In this document: positions 56,378 to 61,943 of the stretch, one piece after another | How the letters are laid out: each line of letters opens with the position of its first letter | How positions within the stretch are numbered: the first letter of the stretch is position 1 | Assembly: GCA_964524145.1 (NCBI GenBank) | Contig: CAZGCA010000028.1 | Location: forward strand, 1-61,943 | Reading direction: 5' to 3' | DNA length: 61,943 nucleotides | Source: an uncultured bacterium | Lineage (GTDB): Bacteria; Hydrogenedentota; CAZGCA01 | Notes under the pieces: model-generated | What the model was told of the DNA's origin: nothing | Databases searched by the model: none | Seen by the model: only the letters and a program-made list of their open reading frames with translations | Translations under genes and position numbers: made by a program

Positions 56378-57637
56378 CTACCCTTTTTCACGCTCTACGT
56401 AAAAGTACGTGCCCACAAGTTCACTTTGCCAATGGTTGTTGGGATTGGTGCGCGCATATACCACCAGCAAAATGTCCGGAGCCACCTCCGCCAGGGAAAA
56501 ATAATTGCTGCAATCGGGCGGATAGAGGTCATGGTAAAAGGGGATGATAGGGCCCCAACTTTTTCCCTCGTCCTTGCTGAACATCATCCAGTTTCCTGGG
56601 CGACCATAGCTTACTACGAGAAGTCCATTCTCCATCAGAACTGCGTTGGGCCACACGCCATACGGCGATATCGGGTCGGCATTGCTCCAGATCTTGCCTC
56701 CATCGATAGAAGCACTCATATAAATGGGCGTCTGTTTTGCGTAACCAAAAGGCATTTCGACGGATGGATCGTTATTATTGAAACTGCCTATAGAAGCCTG
56801 GTAACTCGCACCGGACCGAATGAAGCTGAGAATCTTGCCATTGGGAAGGACCAAAAGAGACGTTTCGTCAAAGCCCTCACCCCTGACATCCTCTGTCGTG
56901 TCAAAGGCTATCGTTGACAGATAGAGCCAAGTTTTGCCGCGATCGGTCGAGCGCAACACCAAGCTTCGATACTTACGCTCAAGAACCGTTCCCTTCTGAT
57001 TCCTGCAGTACATGCTCATAAGCAGGCTCCCATCCTGAAGCGCGACGATCTTACGGCATAAAACACACGTCCAGTCGTGGAACGTTTCCGGCAGATGTAT
57101 TATGGCTGGGTCACTCACTCGACTAACCCCATTATCGTTTGAACGGAAGAACTTCGCCTCAAATACCCCCTTCTGATCGGTCTTGGTCATAGAAACTTCC
57201 GGCCTTCCTGCCCCAGAAGAATGCTCACTTGTATAGGAAGACTTGAACATGATTACTTCGCCATCCGGCTCCGGGTACTGATAGGTGGAATTCTCCAGGA
57301 CATGTTCTGCCTGATGCCAGGTCTTTCCGCCATCGCTGGAGCGCCGGTCATATACCTGGATATCGCCATTGTTGAATTTGAAAACACTTCCAGCAGGACA
57401 GAAGCTTTCGTGTTCGGGGACGATAAATTGGGTTTTACCCCTGATGACTTTGATCCCCGGGACGTAGCTCACTCTGGATTTGACCGACTCGTACGCCGGA
57501 TCAAGACTCCAATGCGACGCACCTGTATTGGCCGAGTCGCCTGTTGAGTTTTCCTGAGCAGATGAGGTCGTCGCAAGAAACCAGATAACAGGCAAGAAAA
57601 GGAGAGCCCTTGAAGTGGGACATTTGTAGGCTTGCAT
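56378..57637 (-). CDS. Secreted sialidase-like BNR/Asp-box beta-propeller protein
   Basis: Signal peptide; Asp boxes SSDGGKTW, SNDNGVS, STDRGKTW, SIDGGKIW, SKDEGKSW. Confidence 0.82.
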   Translation of the reverse strand: MQAYKCPTSRALLFLPVIWFLATTSSAQENSTGDSANTGASHWSLDPAYESVKSRVSYVPGIKVIRGKTQFIVPEHESFCPAGSVFKFNNGDIQVYDRRSSDGGKTWHQAEHVLENSTYQYPEPDGEVIMFKSSYTSEHSSGAGRPEVSMTKTDQKGVFEAKFFRSNDNGVSRVSDPAIIHLPETFHDWTCVLCRKIVALQDGSLLMSMYCRNQKGTVLERKYRSLVLRSTDRGKTWLYLSTIAFDTTEDVRGEGFDETSLLVLPNGKILSFIRSGASYQASIGSFNNNDPSVEMPFGYAKQTPIYMSASIDGGKIWSNADPISPYGVWPNAVLMENGLLVVSYGRPGNWMMFSKDEGKSWGPIIPFYHDLYPPDCSNYFSLAEVAPDILLVVYARTNPNNHWQSELVGTYFYVEREKG

Positions 57638-57788
57638 TCTTGTCCTCCGAGTATGTTGATCTCTATCGCTCATTCCCTGGAAACGCCGGTTTGGGAGTGA
57701 AGCGGGTGGCCGCTTAGAAGTGTAGCACCCGATGCCGTAATTATAGCCAGTTTGGTGGGGTGATTCAAGTGAGCTGGTGGGCCTTGGG

Positions 57789-57931
57789 GTAGTGCCCGCC
57801 AACACGTGCTGGTTCCGCCGATTGGGAAGTAGACGACCCGCCCGGTACGGTGACGTTATGATACAGCAGTTCTGCCGCCACTTGTCAACACGAGCCCGGC
57901 ACTGAGCCATTTGCGTTGTGCCGGTATTCTG
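57789..57931. repeat. Direct repeat B2 (copy of 55958-56100)
   Basis: gtagtgcccgccaacacgtgctg...cttgtcaacacga...atttgcgttgtg..tctg. Confidence 0.9.
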
Positions 57932-57980
57932 TAGGTTGGGCGTCTCGCCCAAGAGGCCTTGGGCAGGATGCCCAAGCTAC
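57931..57980. repeat. REP doublet (GTAG-type, same family as 33322-33371)
   Basis: gtaggttgggcgtctcgcccaag-aggc-cttgggcaggatgcccaagctac. Confidence 0.82.
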
Positions 57981-58255
57981 GCAAACCACTGCTGATCGGC
58001 ACGCCAGCTTTGGGCGATCACAACGATCGACCCTACAGAAACGGTTCAGTCAGAACAGTCTTTGGGAAAGGCGGGAAGGGCTGCGTCCGAGAACGCCTTG
58101 TTGATACTTGGCGGATTGCTCCTTCATTTCAGATACACCATCCTTGGGAACTCGATGCCTCAGTCCAATACATGAACTCCGAATTCAGCACGTTCGACGA
58201 AGGGCGACGGAAGCTCCATTGGGACTTAACAGGTGAAGTCTTCGGACAGGTGTGC

Positions 58256-59761
58256 TTAGCGGTTCTTAACGTTCCGGCACGTTAGCCTCGAGCGTATAAT
58301 CCGATAACTAGTCAGGGTAACCAGCAAACCGGCAAGCGCTGCGAAGCCAATTGCACTTGAGACCGGTAGTCGACTCTCAGGATCAGTAGGATCCGTGCCA
58401 TTTAGCCAGACTTCGGTCCCGTCATTCTGTCCGTCTCCGTCAGTATCAGCAACAAGCGGATTTGCACCGTGCTCTACCTCAAGACCATCGATCAGGCCGT
58501 CATTGTCGGAGTCCATGACGTCTGGATCAGTGCCCAGTACCCCTTCTTCATCGTCTCTTAAGCCGTCTCGGTCGGTGTCGGGAGAGGTAAGAAATGGGAC
58601 GTAATTGACTCTGCCTAACTGTGGGTCGTCATTCTCGTCATGGATTCTTGATCCTATCACCGGCACACTGGTTGTTCCCCAATAGTTGAACTGAGCGTCC
58701 ACGTCTTCAGTTGTCTCCAGCGTAACACCGTACGAGGTGAAATCGTTGGCCTCAAATTCAAAGACCAGTGGACTGGCGTAAGTATCGAGGACGAGAATGC
58801 CGCTGTGGAATGTGTTGTGCCTTATGATTACACTGTCGAGCGCGTTGAAAAGGACAATGTCCCAATTCCACGAGTTGTCGAAAAGGTTGTACTGAATATC
58901 GAGGGTCAAATTATCGGGAGGGCTGGCTACACATTCATTCCAGACGTTACCAAGATGGCAAGCGACTACATATCCCGACCCGTGTTTGCACGTCTCCAAG
59001 TTGTTGTCAAAGCGAGATCGCGACGCTAGGGTGTTATTCAAACTCCCTGTCCCCGCAATCTGGCAATCCACTACGATGGCATAATCAACAATTCCATTGG
59101 AGAAGTGGAGGCCGCGCCAGTCAAAAGGTGTCAATTCAGAAGCTGATGCGTCCGATGCAAAAAGAATTGGATTATCCTCCTCTCCTTTGGCAATAAGCAC
59201 GCCGTCGCACCAGAGGTCCGCGAAGTGATTTATATATGGGGCCTGATAGATCATGGTCTGAAGCAACCCGCCAGCTCCCGGGTCCACAGCATAGGCATCC
59301 CTCAGGTCTTGTATCAGAGCTGGCGAAAGCTGCCCCCCCGTCACATCGTCATTGAAAGCCGAGAACAGCACTAGGGTCCCAGGCAGAATCGTCAATACCT
59401 GATCGAGATCCACAACAGTCTCACCCGTAACGTAGACGATATCCTCGTCGTCTCCCCAGGTCTCAAGAGCCGGTTCCTCTGGCAGAAGTCCAGAAACATA
59501 CCTTATGCTCATAGGGTTCTTTCCCGTGATATTCCCAGGTACGTCGATTGAGGTCTGGCGGCTATCAAGTCTTGCCGCTCTGGCAGCATCGATTATGTCC
59601 TGATATGACGACCTCTGCCATTTGGGCTGGCTTGTGTCGGGGATACGCGGATCCATCATGACACGGGCGATCTCGCGCTCAAGATTGAAAGACGAGGCGA
59701 CCGCATTGGCGGCCAAGAACATACAAGCAACAAGCATGAAGAACGTCTTCTTGTGTTTCAT
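58256..59761 (-). CDS. Secreted beta-helix protein with Ca-binding DxDxDG repeats and a C-terminal LPV-TM-basic anchor
   Basis: Signal peptide; LTILPGT.V.F, G..DNPILF, NYWG, DTDRDGL/DSDNDGL/DTDGDG; LPVSSAIGFAALAGLLVTL...RIIRSR; promoter TTGACA-N17-TATCTT at 59798-59826. Confidence 0.8.
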   Translation of the reverse strand: MKHKKTFFMLVACMFLAANAVASSFNLEREIARVMMDPRIPDTSQPKWQRSSYQDIIDAARAARLDSRQTSIDVPGNITGKNPMSIRYVSGLLPEEPALETWGDDEDIVYVTGETVVDLDQVLTILPGTLVLFSAFNDDVTGGQLSPALIQDLRDAYAVDPGAGGLLQTMIYQAPYINHFADLWCDGVLIAKGEEDNPILFASDASASELTPFDWRGLHFSNGIVDYAIVVDCQIAGTGSLNNTLASRSRFDNNLETCKHGSGYVVACHLGNVWNECVASPPDNLTLDIQYNLFDNSWNWDIVLFNALDSVIIRHNTFHSGILVLDTYASPLVFEFEANDFTSYGVTLETTEDVDAQFNYWGTTSVPVIGSRIHDENDDPQLGRVNYVPFLTSPDTDRDGLRDDEEGVLGTDPDVMDSDNDGLIDGLEVEHGANPLVADTDGDGQNDGTEVWLNGTDPTDPESRLPVSSAIGFAALAGLLVTLTSYRIIRSRLTCRNVKNR

Positions 59762-59896
59762 CGCAACACCTCCCGTCCCATGGTTCCCAGCACGATGAAG
59801 ATACTATAGGTATCACCCCTTGTCAACTGGGTAAGCAGCGTGTCCCGACGCGGCACTCCCAGCTGTCATTTCTCCACGGCAAGTCTTTGACCCGAG

Positions 59897-61579
59897 TCAG
59901 GCGCGCACCTCGTCACGAATGGCGAGCAGTTCCTTCATCACTTCGAACAGGCTCTCGCTGTATTCCTTCGTGCCGAAACTGTCGTGCAGCCGCCGGTATT
60001 GCAGATAGAGTCTGTCGTAGATGGCGCGGTTCGCAGCTACGGGATCGAAATGCTGGTCAAGCACTCCCGTCATTGCTTCAATGGCGCCATCGAACTCGTC
60101 ATACCCGCCGTTGGCCTTCCCCGCGACGACTGCGCCGGCCATCGCCGCGCCCAGCGCGCAGGTCTGTTCGCTGCGCGATATCTCGAGACGGCGGCCCATC
60201 ACGTTGGCGTAGATCTGCATCACCATCGGGTTCTTCACGGAGATCCCACCGCAGTTGACCACGCGGTCGACCTTCACGCCGTACTCTTCGAAACGCTCCA
60301 TGATCGTTCGCGCGCCGAACGCCGTCGCCTCGACCAGCGCACGGTACATCTCGGCCGGCGTTGTGTGCAGAGTCATACCTACCATCAGTCCCGTCAACCG
60401 CTGGTCGACCAGTACGGTCCGGTTGCCGTTATTCCAGTCGAGAGACAGCAGCCCGCTCTCGCCGGGTTTGAGCCGTTCAGCCTGCTGCGTCAACTCTTCG
60501 TGGCCCATACCGGCCGGTTTCACGTAGTTCACGAACCAGTTGAAGATGTCGCCTACAGCCGACTGGCCCGCTTCAAGACCGAAGTACTCCGGCAGGATCG
60601 ATTCGGGCACGATGCCGCATAAACCGGGGATATCGGGCAGGTCCTGTGACAGCGGCGACACCATCATATCGCACGTCGACGTGCCGATGATCTTGACTAG
60701 GGTGCCCGGTCTTATGCCTGAACCCACAGCGCCCAGATGCGCGTCGAACGCACCCACGGCAACGGGTATGCCCGCGCGCAGCCCCAGCCGTTCGGCCCAG
60801 GTTGCGGACAGCCCGCCGGCGGCGTCGGCGACGTTGTATGCCGTGTCCGGCAACGTCTTGCGCAGGCGGACGAGCTTCTTGTCCAGAGCTCCGGCAAACT
60901 CCTCATCCGGGTACCCGTTCCAGCCGGGGTTGAACATGGCTTTGTGGCCGGCCGCGCAGATGCCTCGCTTGAGCACGCTCGGTGTCGAAGTGTCTGTGAG
61001 GAAAGCTGGAATCCAGTCCGCGCACTCGACCCACGTGTACGCGGCGTCAAACACCTTCGGCGCAACCCGCAGACAATGCAAAGCCTTCGACCAAAGCCAC
61101 TCCGAGGAATAAGTTCCGCCGCACTTGGTCAAATACTCCGGGCGCATCTTCGCTGCCAGTTCCGTGATCTCGGCCGCCTCGGCATGGCCGGTATGGTCTT
61201 TCCAAAGCCAGGCCATCGCGGCCAGGTTGTCGCTGAACTCGTCCCGAAACGCGAGCGGTTCGCCCGTATCGTCTACCGGAATCGGCGTGCTGCCGGTCGT
61301 GTCGACACCTATCCCGATGACGTTCTCCGGAGAGAAACCTTTCCTACCGGCAGCCTGCGCGAGCGTGTCCTTCACCGTTTTCTCGATACCATCGACATAC
61401 TCGGCGGGATGTTGACGCGCGAGATTCGGATCTTTCGGGTCCAGAAGTATACCCGCCTCGCCGCGCGTGTACTCCCACACGCTCGTGGCGATCTCCTCGC
61501 CCGTCGATACGTCAACAATCACGGTCCGCGCCGAATTCGTTCCGAAATCCAGACCGATAGAATACTTGCCCTGACTCAT
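59897..61579 (-). CDS. araB: Ribulokinase (FGGY family)
   Basis: GLDFGTNSAR, GIGVDTTGST, LWKDHT, YSSEW, CAAGHKAM, FDAH, GTSTC, EAGQSAVGD, LDWNNGNRT. Confidence 0.95.
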   Translation of the reverse strand: MSQGKYSIGLDFGTNSARTVIVDVSTGEEIATSVWEYTRGEAGILLDPKDPNLARQHPAEYVDGIEKTVKDTLAQAAGRKGFSPENVIGIGVDTTGSTPIPVDDTGEPLAFRDEFSDNLAAMAWLWKDHTGHAEAAEITELAAKMRPEYLTKCGGTYSSEWLWSKALHCLRVAPKVFDAAYTWVECADWIPAFLTDTSTPSVLKRGICAAGHKAMFNPGWNGYPDEEFAGALDKKLVRLRKTLPDTAYNVADAAGGLSATWAERLGLRAGIPVAVGAFDAHLGAVGSGIRPGTLVKIIGTSTCDMMVSPLSQDLPDIPGLCGIVPESILPEYFGLEAGQSAVGDIFNWFVNYVKPAGMGHEELTQQAERLKPGESGLLSLDWNNGNRTVLVDQRLTGLMVGMTLHTTPAEMYRALVEATAFGARTIMERFEEYGVKVDRVVNCGGISVKNPMVMQIYANVMGRRLEISRSEQTCALGAAMAGAVVAGKANGGYDEFDGAIEAMTGVLDQHFDPVAANRAIYDRLYLQYRRLHDSFGTKEYSESLFEVMKELLAIRDEVRA

Positions 61580-61822
61580 CTCAGTTCTCCTTTGCCATGC
61601 CGAGACCTATTGCGTCGACGAGATAGTAAGACAGTGAACCACAGTTCAGACCTGCGCGCCCTTCCATTGACAACGCCTGCAATCCTCGCCCTTGCTCAGA
61701 TTCAGCTATTATACAGCCTGCTTTGCCTGCGTACAATGCCTCGTGTTCAACCCTAAGCGTTCAGCCAATGGCTGAGTGAGCGAGAACTCCAGCAGCCGGC
61801 AGTCGCCCGACGGGTTTCTGCA

Positions 61823-61902
61823 GAGTCCCGTAGAGACGAACGACAATAGCCCAGGAATTCATTCCTGGGATCAGATGCGTACCCCTACATATCGAGTCCC
61901 GT
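61823..61902. repeat. REP-like palindromes (family of 50602-50810)
   Basis: agtcccgtagagacga...aatagcccaggaattcattcctggg...agtcccgtag. Confidence 0.75.
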
Positions 61903-61943
61903 AGATAGAATGGAATGACCGGCACCAAAAAGTGTAGAGTGAG

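Overview
A 62-kb, mostly minus-strand, GC-rich bacterial genomic window. The two prepilin/DUF1559/H-X9-DG proteins and a DVQLVIN dockerin-like C-terminus suggest Candidatus Hydrogenedentes or a PVC-like lineage (inference). Envelope genes: a lipid-linked sugar/glycosylation cluster interrupted by IS1380, two membrane-anchored sulfatase-superfamily proteins (one fused to a GT-C domain), an acyl-CoA ligase, two LpxL-like acyltransferases, two pilin-like paralogues and two large secreted beta-helix proteins. Metabolic genes: two sugar-catabolism clusters (Gfo/Idh/MocA, TIM-barrel isomerases, Zn-dehydrogenases, lsrF), cobB, aspC, a CrtI-family desaturase, GH38, GH97, a sialidase-like protein, a Tat FAD oxidoreductase, a PAC2 protein and araB. 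Mobile/accessory DNA: IS630, an MNT-HEPN toxin-antitoxin pair, a four-helix-bundle (IVS-type) gene bracketed by inverted heptamer repeats, and at least five REP-like palindrome families with no RAYT gene in view. The strongest candidates for new biology are (i) an accessory FRG + stand-alone Ser/Thr kinase + HD-domain trio at 27.7-31.3 kb that looks like an unnamed defence/conflict module, and (ii) two independent cases where a single gene is flanked by 115-143 bp direct repeats that copy the downstream gene's promoter and end at REP elements. No rRNA, tRNA, CRISPR array or reverse transcriptase was seen. All assignments come from motif reading by eye, without database searches.
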